A stretch of DNA of 64,000 bases from Tubiluchus corallicola (GCA_030141605.1 JAQGDQ010001084.1:372-64371); one strand, 5' to 3'; numbered from the stretch's first letter, positions 1 through 12,977 are shown. The notes: a model not told the origin generated them from the letters alone. Translations and numbers: made by a program.

Positions 1-99
1 GTGACCCTTTTCTTGTCCTTCAAATGTCGTACATCTCCATCCATTGAATCGATATCACGTACAGGGACTGTTCACTCCTATGCCAGGACTCCCTACACA

Positions 100-830
100 C
101 TGCAATGCCCCAAGTGGATTTGTTTCTAAGGATCAGTGCTGAAGTGTTTAAATCTTTCTGTGCAAAATCCAAGTATGTAACATTTGTCCTCCTGCAGGTT
201 TTTTAGTTGGTTCTATGGCTTGTTGAAGAGCTATCTTCACTGGATTATCATCAGGTAGTCTAAGCATATGCCCAATCCATCTTAAACGGCGTCTTTTTAT
301 TTTTCCAAGGTTTTTCTTTCATTTTTTCATATAGATCTTTGTTTGAAATTTTCTTTGGCCATCTAATACCCAAAACGTTTCTGTAATTTCGCCTTTGAAA
401 TGCATCGATTTCAGCTTTAGCATTTGCTTTTAATGTCCAGAGCTCAGAGTTGTACAGAAATACAGTTTCAACTAAGGCTGAGAATATTCTAATTTTTGTT
501 TCCAAAGAAATCTTCCTATTTTCAAAAACTTTTGTGAGTTTTGAGTAAGCTGATAATGCCAATATCTTCCGTCTTAATATGTCGTCTTCTGTTGCCAGCA
601 GACTACCGAGATACTTGCATCTTTGCCATGATTCATCACCATGGCGTGTTATGTGAAACCTTTCGGTTTTATTTTTGTTTACTACGAGATCCATTCTGTT
701 CAGTTTCTCCTATGGAGTTTTTTATTTATCTATTTCGCCTTTGTTTCTTGTGTAACTATGCCACATCATCTGCACACTGCATATGTATTGTAGTAGTCGA
801 CTTTCTTTGTGGAGACCTTCTTTGTGAACG
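100..830 (-). mobile_element. Decayed non-LTR retrotransposon (RTE-like) RT C-terminal fragment, left-arm copy
   Basis: Translates to QCADDVA (YADD-like), LVVNKNKTE, YLGSLL, KIRIFSALVETVFLYNSELWTL, IDAFQRR. These are typical RT thumb motifs of RTE-type LINEs. Frameshifted. Confidence 0.8.
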
Positions 831-1339
831 ACTCTACCGCCGCGACATCTGTTTGAGATTTTTTTTCATTATTCAAGGCAAAGGCCAAGCGAAAGCATGT
901 TACTATTATATTGTTATATTATTAATAACTACAAGTGCTTTATAAATGTTTATACCCTTGTCCACCTTTTCCAGAAATGATATTTTGGTCCATTTACTGT
1001 GAAATTTAAACACCGGATCAGAAAAGTTTATGGTGCTATAAAATACGCAACCTTAAATTATGGAATGGTGGTGTTTATAATATTGTAACTTAGAGATAAT
1101 GGTGCTGATATGCATGTCACGGCGTACTTGTGAAAAAAAACGTAAAAAGAAGCAGCAGTAAGAAGTGAAATTATAGAATTAAGTAAGTATGTATCTAGTC
1201 CAATGTGCGTGTATGTATAGTGATTGAAGCCAATGCGAAATGTTATTATTATTTTTGCATAACGTTACTTTTTTGTGCTCGTATCTGTAATTATGCGCAT
1301 CTGTAATGTGTTTCTGTAATTTAGTTCTGTTTTGCAAAC

Positions 1340-3595
1340 AAGGTAAGTTACCACATTACTTAGTAAAACATGCCAACCCCAAACAAGGTAATAACATTAC
1401 TTAGTAAAACATGCCAACCCCAAATGAGGTAAGTACACATTATAACATAACCCCAAACAAGGTAGTTACCACATTATTAGTAAAACATGCCAACCCCAAA
1501 TGAGGTAAGTTACCACATTATTTAGTAAACATGCCAACCCCAAATGAGGTAAGTTACCACATTATTTAGTAAACATGCCAACCCCAAACAAGGTAACTTA
1601 CCTCATTTGGGGTTGGCATGTTTTACTAAATAATGTGGTAACTTACCTCATTTGGGGTTGGCATGTTTTACTAAGTAATGTGGTAACTTACCTCATTTGG
1701 GGTTGGCATGTTTTACTAAGTAATGTGGTAACTTACCTCATTTGGGGTTGGCATGTTTTACTAAGTAATGTGGTAACTTACCTTGTTTGGGGTTGGCATG
1801 TTTTACTAAGTAATGTGGTAACTTACCTCATTTGGGGTTGGCATGTTTTACTAAGTAATGTGGTAACTTACCTTGTTTGGGGTTGGCATGTTTTACTAAG
1901 TAATGTGGTAACTTACCTCATTTGGGGTTGGCATGTTTTATTAAATAATGTGGTAACTTACCTTGTTTGGGGTTGGCATATTTTATTAAGTAATGTGGTA
2001 ACTTACCTCGTTTGGGGTTGGCATGTTTTACTAAGTAATGTGGTAACTTACCTCATTTGGGGTTGGCATGTTTTACTAAATAATGTGGTAACTTACCTTG
2101 TGTTGGGGTTGGCATGTTTTACTAAGTAATGTGGTAACTTACCTCGTTTGGGGTTGGCGTGTTTTACTAAATAATGTGGTAACTTACCTTGTGTTGGGGT
2201 TGGCATGTTTTATTAAGTAGTGTGGTAACTTACCTCGTTTGGGGTTGGCATGTTTTACTAAGTAATGTGGTACTTACCTTGTTTGGGGTTGGCATGTTTT
2301 ACTAAGTAATGTGGTAACTTACCTCGTTAGGGGTTGGCATGTTTTACTAAATAATGTGGTAACTTACCTTGTTTGGGGTTGGCATGTTTTATTAAGTAGT
2401 GTGGTAACTTACCTCATTTGGGGTTGGCATGTTTTACTAAATAATGTGGTAACTTACCTCATTTGGGGTTGGCATGTTTTACTAAATAATGTGGTAACTT
2501 ACCTTGTGTTGGGGTTGGCATGTTTTACTAAGTAATGTGGTAACTTACCTCATTTGGGGTTGGCATGTTTTACTAAATAATGTGGTAACTTACCTTGTTT
2601 GGGGTTGGCATGTTTTACTAAGTAATGTGGTAACTTACCTCATTTGGGGTTGGCATGTTTTACTAAATAATGTGGTAACTTACCTCATTTGGGGTTGGCA
2701 TGTTTTACTAAGTAATGTGGTAACTTACCTCATTTGGGGTTGGCATGTTTTACTAAATAATGTGGTAACTTACCTCATTTGGGGTTGGCATGTTTTACTA
2801 AATAATGTGGTAACTTACCTTGTTTGGGGTCGCCATGTTTTACTAAGTAATGTGGTAACTTACCTCATTTTGGGTTGGCATGTTTTACTAAGTAATGTGG
2901 TAACTTACCTTGTGTTGGGGTTGGCATGTTTTACTAAGTAATGTGGCAACTTACCTCATTTGGGGTTGGCATGTTTTACTAAATAATGTGGTAACTTACC
3001 TTGTTTGGGGTTGGCATGTTTTACTAAATAATGTGGCAACTTACCTCATTTTGGGTTGGCATGTTTTACTAAATAATGTGGTAACTTACCTTGTTTGGGG
3101 TTGGCATGTTTTACTAAATAATGTGGCAACTTACCTCATTTGGGGTTGGCATGTTTTACTAAATAATGTGGTAACTTACCTTGTGTTGGGGTTGGCATGT
3201 TTTACTAAGTAATGTGGCAACTTACCTCATTTGGGGTTGGCATGTTTTACTAAGTAATGTGGTAACTTACCTTGTGTTGGGGTTGGCATGTTTTACTAAG
3301 TATTGTGGTAACTTACCCCGTTTGGGGTTGGCATGTTTTACTAAGTAATGTGGTAACTTACCTCGTTTGGGGTTGGCATGTTTTACTAAGTAATGTGGTA
3401 ACTTACCTTGTGTTGGGGTTGGCATGTTTTACTAAGTAATGTGGTAACTTACCTTGTGTTGGGGTTGGCATGTTTTACTAAGTAATGTGGTAACTTACCT
3501 TGTGTTGGGGTTGGCATGTTTTACTAAGTAATGTGGTAACTTACCTTGTTTAGGGTTGGCATGTTTTACTAAGTAATGTGGTAACTTACCTTGTT
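1340..3595. repeat. 45-bp minisatellite (GTGGTAACTTACCTCATTTGGGGTTGGCATGTTTTACTAAGTAAT)n, about 50 units; about 6 reversed units at 1340-1596, the rest forward
   Basis: Directly visible 45/46-bp period, which gives the (VVTYLIWGWHVLLSN)n ORFs. Confidence 0.97.
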
Positions 3596-4129
3596 TAACG
3601 CAAATAGAACTAAATTACGGAAACTCATTACAGATGCGCATAAATTACAGATACGAGCACAAAAAAGTAACGTTATGCAAAAATAATAATAACACTTCGC
3701 ATTGGCTTCAATCACTATACATACACGCACATTGGACTAGATACATACTTACTTAATTCTATAATTTCACTTCTTTCTGCTGCTTCTTTTTACGTTTTTT
3801 TCACAAGTACGCCGTGACATGCGTATCAGCACCATCCTCTCTAAGTTACAATAGTATAAACACCAAATGGCCATAATTTCATAATTTAAGATTGCGTTTT
3901 TATAGCACCATAAACTTTACTCATCCGGTGCTTAAATTTCACAGTAAATGGATCAAAATATCATTTCTGGAAAAGGTGGACAAGGGTATAAACATTTATA
4001 AGGCACTTGTAGTTATTAATAATATAACAATATAATAGTAACATGCTTTCGCTTGGCCGTTGCCTTGAATAATGAAAAAAATCTCATACAGATGTCGCGG
4101 CGGTAGAGTCGTTCACAAAGAAGGTCTCC

Positions 4130-4880
4130 ACAAAGAAAGTCGACTACTACAATACATATGCAGTGTGCAGATGATGTGGCATGGATTACAAGAAACAAAG
4201 GCGAAATAGATAAAATAAAAAACTCCATAGAGGAGAAACTGAACAGAATGGATCTCGTAGTAAACAAAAATAAAACCGAAGAGTTTCACATAACACGCCA
4301 TGGTGATGAATCATGGCAAAGATGCAAGTATCTCGGTAGTCTGCTGGCAACAGAAGACGACATATCAAGACGAAGATAATGGCATTATCAGCTTATTCAA
4401 AACTCACAAAAGTTTTTGAAAATAGGAAGATTTCTTTGGAGACAAAAATTAAAATATTCTCAGCCTTAGTTGAAACTGTATTTCTGTATAGCTCTGGACA
4501 TTAAAAGCAAATCATAAAGCTGAAATCGATGCGTTTCAAAGGCGAAATTACAGAAACATTTTGAGCTTCAGATAGAGAAACAAAATCTCAAATAAAGATC
4601 TAAATGAAAAAATAAAAGAGGAACTTTGAACAACAAAAATAAAAAGACGCCATTTAAGATGGATTGCATATGCTTAGATTACCTGAAGATAGTCCAGTAA
4701 AGATAACTCTTCCACAAGTCACAAAACTAACTAAAAACCAGTAGGAGGACAAATGTTAACGTATTTAGTTTTTGCACAGAAAGATTTAAACACTTCAGCA
4801 CTGATCCTTGGAGATAAATGCATTTGGGGTGTTGCGGCGAGCAGGGAGTCCTGACAGAGGGAGGTGAACAGTCCCTGTAC
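4130..4880 (+). mobile_element. Decayed RTE-like LINE fragment, right-arm copy
   Basis: ORF 4158-4379 MQCADDVAWI...YLGSLL; inverted counterpart of 100-830. Confidence 0.8.
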
Positions 4881-4911
4881 GTATGATTCAATGGATGGAG
4901 ATGTACGACAT

Positions 4912-5360
4912 TTGAAGGACAAGAAAAGGGTCACCTGAAGTAGGTTTCAGAAAAATCGCCGAAGAAAATTATATTACTTTACAGCAGTATTGTGCACGTA
5001 TCGTAGTCGTGTTGAAAGGAATTTTCGTTTGTTTTCATTTTAATTCTCCTGCAATACAGTTACGTGACGTCACTAAAATACGTAAATCAGGGCAAGAAAG
5101 GGAAATGTTAAATTATGACCCATTAAACTTTCCGTGCAAATCTATTTCACTTAACTGCTGGAAAGACTTATGCAATTAGACTAATTATTTAAAATGTTTG
5201 TGCTCGTTCATAAAATGTTGCTCCCTCCAGGGTGCGCCACTCACTAGCCAAAAATGTATTTTTAATCTTATTGACAAGATACGGTAATTTACAATTTTAC
5301 TTTAATTTAAAATTAGCAACATGTATGCTACGAATGCTCTGATTATTTACTCAATGTTAT
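4912..5360 (+). mobile_element. Left-end fragment of a Kolobok/T2-like (TTAA-AGG) non-autonomous DNA transposon family
   Basis: Begins aaggacaagaaaagggtcacctgaagtagg. Closely similar to 10977-11505 and 22762-23065, and internally to 8030-8240. Confidence 0.65.
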
Positions 5361-5916
5361 CCCTAGCCCTTAGCATGCAAAAGGCCACCAATTGGGGTGC
5401 CTAAATTTTGCATTTTGTCCCCTCCTTCGGGCGTTCAAAGCTTGTCAGCTTTTTAAAACCCCAGGTGCACATCTACCACACTGTTAGGGCTGCCAAGCCT
5501 GTGAGTTTAGTCACCCTAGCTTGCATGCCTTACGAATTACTAAAAGTTGAAGTGTCGGAGAATAAATAAGATTAAAATCAACAACTCAATAAAAACAGTA
5601 GAATTTTATAGCAAAATCTCAATTATTACACCTACTGAATAGCACGAGCAAATCAGGACTTCAACAGCCGTCTGTGGCCATGACCCTGGGACCTTGGTCA
5701 TTTTACATTCAACCCACGATACTTCCATAAACATTCTTAAAAAATCAATACCGCTCAGCCTGGCCTTCGTAAAATAATCAAATCATAATTCATTATAAAA
5801 CGTATGTACATTTATTGCTGGAGAGATTTTTACAGCTAGCCCATGTTAGGATTTTAGCCTAAGAATGTGACCAAGCCACTTGTTGTCAAGGTCTTTTAGC
5901 GGCGGTTAGAAAGGGA

Positions 5917-5995
5917 TATAAAAGAGGGACCGTTATGAAAAACTATCAGACCACAAGACCCGGAGCCTGTAGAAGCACAGTAAAAACTGCAGTAG
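5917..5995 (+). promoter_or_regulatory. TATA box and short non-coding first exon of the secreted-protein gene
   Basis: TATAAAA at about 5917, TCAGA initiator-like motif about 30 nt downstream, exon ending TAG|GTAAGT at 5995. Next acceptor is ttttcag at 7545. Confidence 0.55.
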
Positions 5996-6799
5996 GTAAG
6001 TTCACGAAACTTTTTTGTTATTAGGAAAACGGGGTACTTAGAAATGAAAATAAGGAAAGAAATGTCGGGACTGAGCCTGATTTATCCCTGGAACCAACCA
6101 TTCCTTTAGGACAGAAAACACGGAAAATTCGGGATTGAGTCTGGATATAATCCCGGTACAAATTCATACTCACTTGTTCACTTTTCCTTTCTTTCGATTA
6201 AACTTTAGATAGAAAATTTCAGTAATTGTCAGTTTACTTCATTATTAATAAAATAGATAGTATTGAATTTAGGACGTTGAATAGTTGACTCACTTTAACG
6301 CTTATGATAGATAATTTCGCAATTAACAGAGACGAAATTCTAACCGTGGATGCGTCTCTTGATTCCATGACGCTGAGTTCCCTTTTTTCGTTTGTAAATC
6401 AATGAAGAACAAGGTGCTACGTATTTTTATGTAATTTCTAAATAAAAGTGGCAAAGGTGATGATCCTTGAGGCATGCTTAAATGTGAGTCCTTTGCATTC
6501 TAACAAATTTATCCTTCAGGTGAAACTTTATGTTGCGTTAAACTATAGCATACACTTACTGTACATCTCATAAGAAAAGCCTAACGTTAAAAGCTAAAGC
6601 TTTTGTTAGAAGTAGAAACTTTTTTTGAATGGAAATTGGAAATGTCGTATATTGTGGCGTCGAATTTGCGATATTTATCTGTACATTGTAGTGGGAATTT
6701 GTGGTAGATTATCGAAAAGTGATTTATTGATTTATTGACCAAATTTTTGTTAGTTTTGAGTTTTGTTAAAAAAATTTCTGTGGTTTCTCATTCGCGTAT

Positions 6800-7115
6800 T
6801 TCTTTCTTTTCCTTTCTTCTCTTCTCTTCTCTTCTGTCCTCTTCTCTTGTCTTGTCTTGTCTTGATTTTTTTGTCTTGTCTTGTCTTCTTTTCTCTTCTC
6901 TTCTCTTCTCTTTTCTTCACTTCTCTTCACTCCTCTTCCCTTCACATCTCTTTCTTCTGTTCTTTTTTCTTCTCTTCTCCTCTGTTCTATTCTCTTCTCT
7001 CTCATCTCTTATCTTCTCTTTTCTATTCTCTTGTCTCTTCTCATTTCTTCACCCCTCTTCTCTTCTTTTCTCCTCTCTTCTCCCTTTATTTTCTTCTCTT
7101 CTCTTTTCTCTTGTC
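6800..7115. repeat. Polypyrimidine low-complexity tract, (CTTCT/CTTGT)n
   Basis: Almost purely C/T on the + strand; gives spurious F/S/L ORFs. Confidence 0.95.
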
Positions 7116-7554
7116 TGTATGCTTGCCTACTTCGATAATTTTTGATCTCAAGTAATTTGAGAATAATCAAAGATTTGATACGTTTTATTTCTCAGTTCAC
7201 AGAAATCGTAAATCAAAAGTAAATAAAAAATACTCATAACTTAACCCGCTTAAATCTGCAGCTGTGATCTCGATTTCCTCATAGTTTCAGCAGCTTTAGA
7301 GTTTATAATGATTACAAGTAATAAAGCTAAATTAAATTGCCGTTAATTTATAATCAATGGTCTTTTCAATGTTCTTTTGCAAACCTGCTCTTTTGTAAGA
7401 TATATTTTCTCTCTTCATAATAGCTTTGTGTGTTCCTGCTTTTCATTCCAACTCCCTTCTTTCTTCCTGGTTTGTTATCAAAGCGCATTTTGCAAATCGA
7501 CAGATCACATAAGATACATTTGTTCAAAAGAAAACACATTTTCAGACTGACGTC

Positions 7555-9451
7555 ATGAATCTCCTGGTTGTGATCCTGTTTACCCTGGTAGCTGGCATCT
7601 CTGCGGGCGGTTACGGCCACGGTTACCAACACGGACGTTTGAAACAGTTCGTTGCAAAGCCAAAGGAAGTCATCAAGGAGGAAGTTCCGGTAGTCGTCGT
7701 CACAGAAAGTCCTGAATATTTCACTACCACCAGATATGGACCGATCAGCAGTGGATTCCTGAGAGGTTCCGGGGACAGATCCAGTCGGGTGGAGTACACA
7801 AGAAGTGGATCAGCCAGCGGAAGTCTGTTCTCCAGGGACAATGCAGAAGCCACTGAAACTGCTTCAAAGACACGAGGATATGAATACAAATACAGGTAGG
7901 CTGCCCCTTTTCTGAAAATTAAAGGAGAAGAATAGGCAATTTTAATGCATGTCTCAAAAAACTTTCCATACAAACTTATATTACTTACCTATTTGAAAGG
8001 CTAGAAAAGAAAATTCTTAGTAATTTAATATGTTCGCGCCAACTGGTAAAGAGTGGCTGACTCACCTTCCCATTGTGCACCACCGGCTCACCAAAAACGT
8101 ATTTTTAATCTTATTGACAAGATACAGTACTTTATAGTTTTGTTCAGTTAGTGCGCTACGAATGCGCTGACCAATGTCTCAAACTTGCAGTGTTAAGTAA
8201 ACTTGTTTTAATCGACTATAAGCCATAATGGGCTGCGCCTAACGGTCATCGCGGGAGTTTAAATTTCAAGGGTTTTATAAAGGTAATACAAGCATTGTGC
8301 GCTATAAGGCAAAATGAAAGTAACACAAAATCGCGAGTCGAATTTTTCTAAGCTAGCTTTATGTAAGTACAAGGTTTCCTTGTACATTAACAACGCCCAT
8401 AAACTGACTTAAAGCAAAACCGGACTCAATCTTAAACTGTAGGTCAAAACAATCTGTTCTTTAAAATATTGAAAAGGAAACAAACAATTTTTTCAAAAAT
8501 GACTCACGTAAAAGAATTATTACCACGCAAACACAATTTCGACTTCGCGCAACTAGTTCTTCGCTGTTACGTGCATTTTACAATTCTGTAGTTAGACAGG
8601 CTAGCGCCTGGATGTCGAAAACGCATTGCTCGAAAAACAGGTGCTTTACCTCTCACTTTAGATGTGTTAGTTTGTGACGAAACTACACACGTTTGACAGC
8701 TTATGCGTGAGCACAGCGGTAAATTTAAAATTTATTGTTAAATCTGCAAAAGTTAGTGTGGCCCCGTTAAAAAGCAATTGCGTAGTGAAAGGGTTAAATC
8801 TTGCCTAGTTTTAGTACAACACACTGAATATCTTACGGTAGCAGTGTACATGAATTTTCGCTTTCGCAAACACGTGCAACACGCTCGCGGAATATTTTTG
8901 CTGTTGAATATTATGTTAGTTTATGATGTCATCAATAGTTGGGCTCGTCCTCCGTTAATTAAGTTTTTAATCTATTATTTAACTATCAGAACCGCTTTTG
9001 CAGTATTAATTGTGCTAAAATGTATACTTTTTACCATACTTAAAAATGGGGCAGTGTATGAAAAATCATCCTGTCTTCCTTTAAATATTGATCCATAGAA
9101 TTATATGGCTTGTGCAGATCACTGATCGATATTTTGGTCAACCCTGTACAATAAATGTTTTCAACTAGACGTCGTAGAGTAAATGTTAAGAGAGTAAGCA
9201 ATTAAAACAATCCAGAAAATTAATAGACAAACAGAAATAACGTAAAAAAAGTTAAAAAATATAACAGTCAACATCGACTGTCATATCAATGTCGACGTTG
9301 AAATTTGTTGCTTGCAGCCGTTTTAATTCACATTTTCACCACCAGGCAGGGCCACAGTTACGAGCAACCAAGGACGCTGTACCACTATGACATTGAGGAA
9401 CCAATCTGGGGCTTCGCTGACGTGGATTATGTCTACACAGGAGAAGAATAA
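7555..9451 (+). CDS. Secreted orphan protein, 148 aa, Tyr/Gly/His-rich (coding exons 7555-7895 and 9346-9451)
   Basis: Signal peptide MNLLVVILFTLVAGISA. Donor AG|GTAGG at 7895/6, acceptor caccag at 9345. The phase-2 join stays open (RQGHSYEQPRTLYHYDIEEPIWGFADVDYVYTGEE*). AATAAA at 9621. Confidence 0.8.
7923..9080 (+). mobile_element. Complete Kolobok/T2-like MITE in an intron
   Basis: TTAA (7919-22)-AGGAG...TTCCT-TTAA (9081-84). The left part is similar to 11290-11500 and the right part is the reverse complement of 21632-22265. Confidence 0.7.
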
Positions 9452-10069
9452 ATTCCACACCTGAACAACAAGACCCGGGACTGCACAATCTGGCTAGACT
9501 TTTCTAAATTTCATCGTTAATAGACGGAAACATAAGCAAGATTTTCATAAAGTATTATTGTAATAATCGATGTGGAGATTTGTGGCTTCTTCCACACGAT
9601 GCCGCCACTTGTATAGTAACAATAAATACTCGAAGAATTATGACAAGTTACTTTAAAAAAAGCCGTGACCGATTTCGACTGCCATCTAGTGTGCTTTCAG
9701 AAGACTAAGCGCACATGCATTTTACTTATTTTAAGATCTTGTGAGTTTTTATATAATTGTATTTTTGTATGATATTTAACAATGGCCCTGGATTGTCACA
9801 ACTACTTTGTATAGTTGATACTAGTTGTAATGATTTTTAGACTTCATTTTTGATGTAGTTGAAATCAAATAAGTAATAAATAATTAAATAAATAAAAAAT
9901 CACCTTGCTATGTTTTCAAACGTTTTTGACCCAGTGATTCAACTTTTATGTTAAATGTCCGATCAGATTTTAGCAAAAAACTTTTTCCTATGATTGTGGA
10001 CGTACTTCCAGCAGCAGCTTCTATTTGGGCTTCTTTTATTTCTAGTATAATAGCTTAACAAATGTGCAT

Positions 10070-10891
10070 GAAGACCCATAGTGTGACGACCCACAGTGTG
10101 AAGACTCATAGTGTGACAACCCACAGTATGATGACCGACAATGTGGTAACCCATAGTGTGACGACCCACAGTGTGATGACCCACAGTGTGACGACCCACA
10201 GTGTGAAGATCCACAGTGTGACGACCCACAGTGTGACGACCCACAGTGTGAAGACCCACAGTGTGACGACCCACAGTGTGACGATCCACAGTGTGACGAC
10301 CCACAGTGTGACGATCCACAGTGTGACAACCCACAGTGTGACCACCCACAGTGCGACGACCCACAGTGTGACGACCCACAGTGTGACGATCCACAGTGTG
10401 ACAACCCACAGTGTGACGACCCACAGTGCGACGATCCGCAGTGTGACGACCAACCCACAGTGTGACAATGGGTCGTGTGACGACCTACAGTGTAACAATC
10501 CACAGTGTGACGACCCACAGTGTGACGATCCACAGTCTGATGATCCACAGTGTGACGATCCACAGTCTGATGATCCACAGTGTGATGACCCACAGTGTGA
10601 TGATCCACAGTCTGATGATCCACAGTGTGACGATCCACAGTGTGACGACCCACAGTGTGACGATCCACAGTGTGATGACCCACAGTGTGACGACCCACAG
10701 TGTGACGATGGATCGTGTGACGACCTACAGTGTGACGATCCACAGTGTGACGATCCACAGTGTGACGATCCACAGTGTGACGACCCACAGTGTGACGATC
10801 CACAGTGTGACAACCCACAGTGTGACGATCCACAATGTGATGATCCACAATGTGACGACCCACAATGTGACGATCCACAGTGTGACGATCC
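10070..10891. repeat. 15-bp minisatellite (CACAGTGTGACGACC)n, about 55 units
   Basis: Directly visible; explains the (HTVGR)n, (CDDPQ)n and (SHCGS)n ORFs. Confidence 0.97.
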
Positions 10892-10976
10892 ATCTTGTGC
10901 AGTTGCTTTTGTGAAACGGCAATTAATTACCCAAGAAATGAAATCTTATGAAATTTCCTACCAAATATTGTCTTAA

Positions 10977-11505
10977 AGGACAAGAAAAGGGGCACCTGAA
11001 GTAGGTTTCAGAAAAATTGCATTAAAAAATCGATATTACTTTACAGTAATTTTATGCGTATATCGTATTCACGTTAAAATGAATTTTTGTTCGTTTTCGT
11101 TTTAAATCTCCCGCGATACTATTTGGACCGCACCATTACGTGACGTCATATGCGCACACCGTAAATCATGGAAAGAAAACGAAATGTTAAATTACGTCCT
11201 AAAAACTTTCCACGCAAATCTATATTACTTAGCATTTCACTTACCTGCTGGAAAGACTTATGTAATTAGACTAATAATTTAAAATGTTAGTGCCAATTGG
11301 TAAAATGTCATTGAATCACCCTCCAGGGTGCGCCACTCACTAACTAGAAACGTTTTTTTCGTCTTATTGACAAGATACAGTAATTTAAAATTTCACTTAA
11401 TTAGCAACATGTATGCTACGAATGCTCTGATTATTTTTTCAAACTCTACTCAATGTTGTCTAAACTTGTTTCAAACGACCTGCCATTAAAATGCCTGCGC
11501 CTAAG
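10977..11505 (+). mobile_element. Left-end copy of the Kolobok/T2-like family
   Basis: TTAA (10973-76) followed by AGGACAAGAAAAGG; similar to 4912-5360. Confidence 0.65.
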
Positions 11506-12919
11506 TTTTATACAGCGTTACTGCCGACGCAAACCATGCATGTAAAAAGGTAGTAAGTAAGTGGTATAAAACTTCAAGATGATTTTTTAAGCTTTATATA
11601 AGTGGAGCGTTTTCTTATGATGAATCGTTTAGGAAATAATTACATTATATTTCTCGCAGCATGTCATCTGGCACACACAAAATAGAACACTAGAATAACA
11701 CTGTAACAAGTTTTACTATCAACACTTTATTATAACAAAAAAGGGGGAAGAAAATAGCCAAATCTAACTAGGTAACAGCACTTATACTAGACAGAGAAGC
11801 ACCTGTGTAAGAAATCAAAGCTGCAGTGACCGCTACACACTTTTGTACTGGGATTTTCCCGGTCAGCTGGCTTCTCATACCACGTGTAGGCCCAAACAAG
11901 ACGTCTGCATCTACAAAGAAGGAATGAATCCGTGCTAACCTAGAATATTAGGAAGCCAAATCTCTTGAAGAGAGTCAGTCGAAATCACGCGACTGACACT
12001 CGAGATAGAGACGTTCTTTTCTTAGTAGGCCCAGAGGTTTTTATTACCTCGAAGTCATAATTTTTTCTGGACCATCACCAAAATTAAACTCATGTTACTT
12101 AGGATAAATATCGCGATCTGGCAGCATGGGGCCACATGGCGGTCTACACTGCTGCCATCTGTAAACGGTTTTGTCACTAAGGCCGTTTTACTAGATCCAT
12201 GTTGCCACCATGGCGTGCTAACATTTTAGTAATGGAAACCGAAAAAGCTTGAGACGTATTTTTATGTAGATCACTGTACGTACTTGTGTTTAATAACTGT
12301 CAAAAGAGAGAAATGATTAATTGTGATGCTAACTTATATATTTTACGTATTTACATACACAAAACAAACACTGAAAACAAACAAACATTACTAAAAAGTG
12401 CAATTTGTCTATGTAAACTAATCAAGATAATAATTTATAATTAAGCCATCTAAGCGGTATTCATGTGAATGTTCTCTACGATACCGTATCTACACATTAC
12501 CAATGAGTTAGATTGACTGAAGGCTTTTATAACATTCGATATTCCTTATATCCAAAAATAGGTTAGGTACAAGTTTAACATCACGTGTGCCATGTTACCT
12601 TTACAAGGTGAAAACTACCTATGAATGCGGTTTCAACAAGTGTTTAAAATCGCGACTGTTTTACACTTTCAACAGTCCGCCACATTAGCAATAGTAGTTA
12701 ATTATTAGACACATTTACAAGTGCTTTTAACATCGTAATTATTATTTTTTGATTGGAAGCCATGCAGTACATTCATTGCATGCAAGGAGTGCACACCATT
12801 GAACGTATTATAAAAATCATTCTGTTGTACTTTTAATCCTATCACGTATACGATACGGGCAATTTGTGAGCGCTGTGATAAGTGAACTTGTCAATGTTTA
12901 TATTCGAGCTCTATAGCGA

Positions 12920-12977
12920 TGACGATAATCACGATGATACAGACGACGACGACGACGATGATGATGATGATGATGAT
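12920..12977. repeat. (GAC)n(GAT)n microsatellite
   Basis: Directly visible. Confidence 0.85.

Larger units (their letters stand above)
1..4934. repeat. Large inverted duplication (left arm 1-~1596, right arm ~1598-4934; unique arms 1-1345 and 3590-4934)
   Basis: 1-50 (gtgacccttttcttgtccttcaaatg...) is the reverse complement of 4885-4934. 1141-1345 matches 3590-3800 in reverse. The satellite changes orientation at AGGTAA-C-TTACCT (1591-1603). Confidence 0.95.

Noticed and set aside
1575-3212. ORFs of repeated VVTYLIWGWHVLLSN, or a CRISPR-like array
   Set aside because: Translation of a 45-bp satellite whose frame is broken by 46-bp units. Units abut with no unique spacers, no cas genes are present and the context is eukaryotic.
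6735-7155. Hydrophobic F/L/S-rich 'membrane protein' ORFs
   Set aside because: Polypyrimidine low-complexity tract within an intron.
9963-10976. (CDDPQ)n, (HTVGR)n and (SSHCG)n 'metal-binding' proteins
   Set aside because: A 15-bp satellite is open in most frames on both strands; no signal peptide or splice context supports coding.
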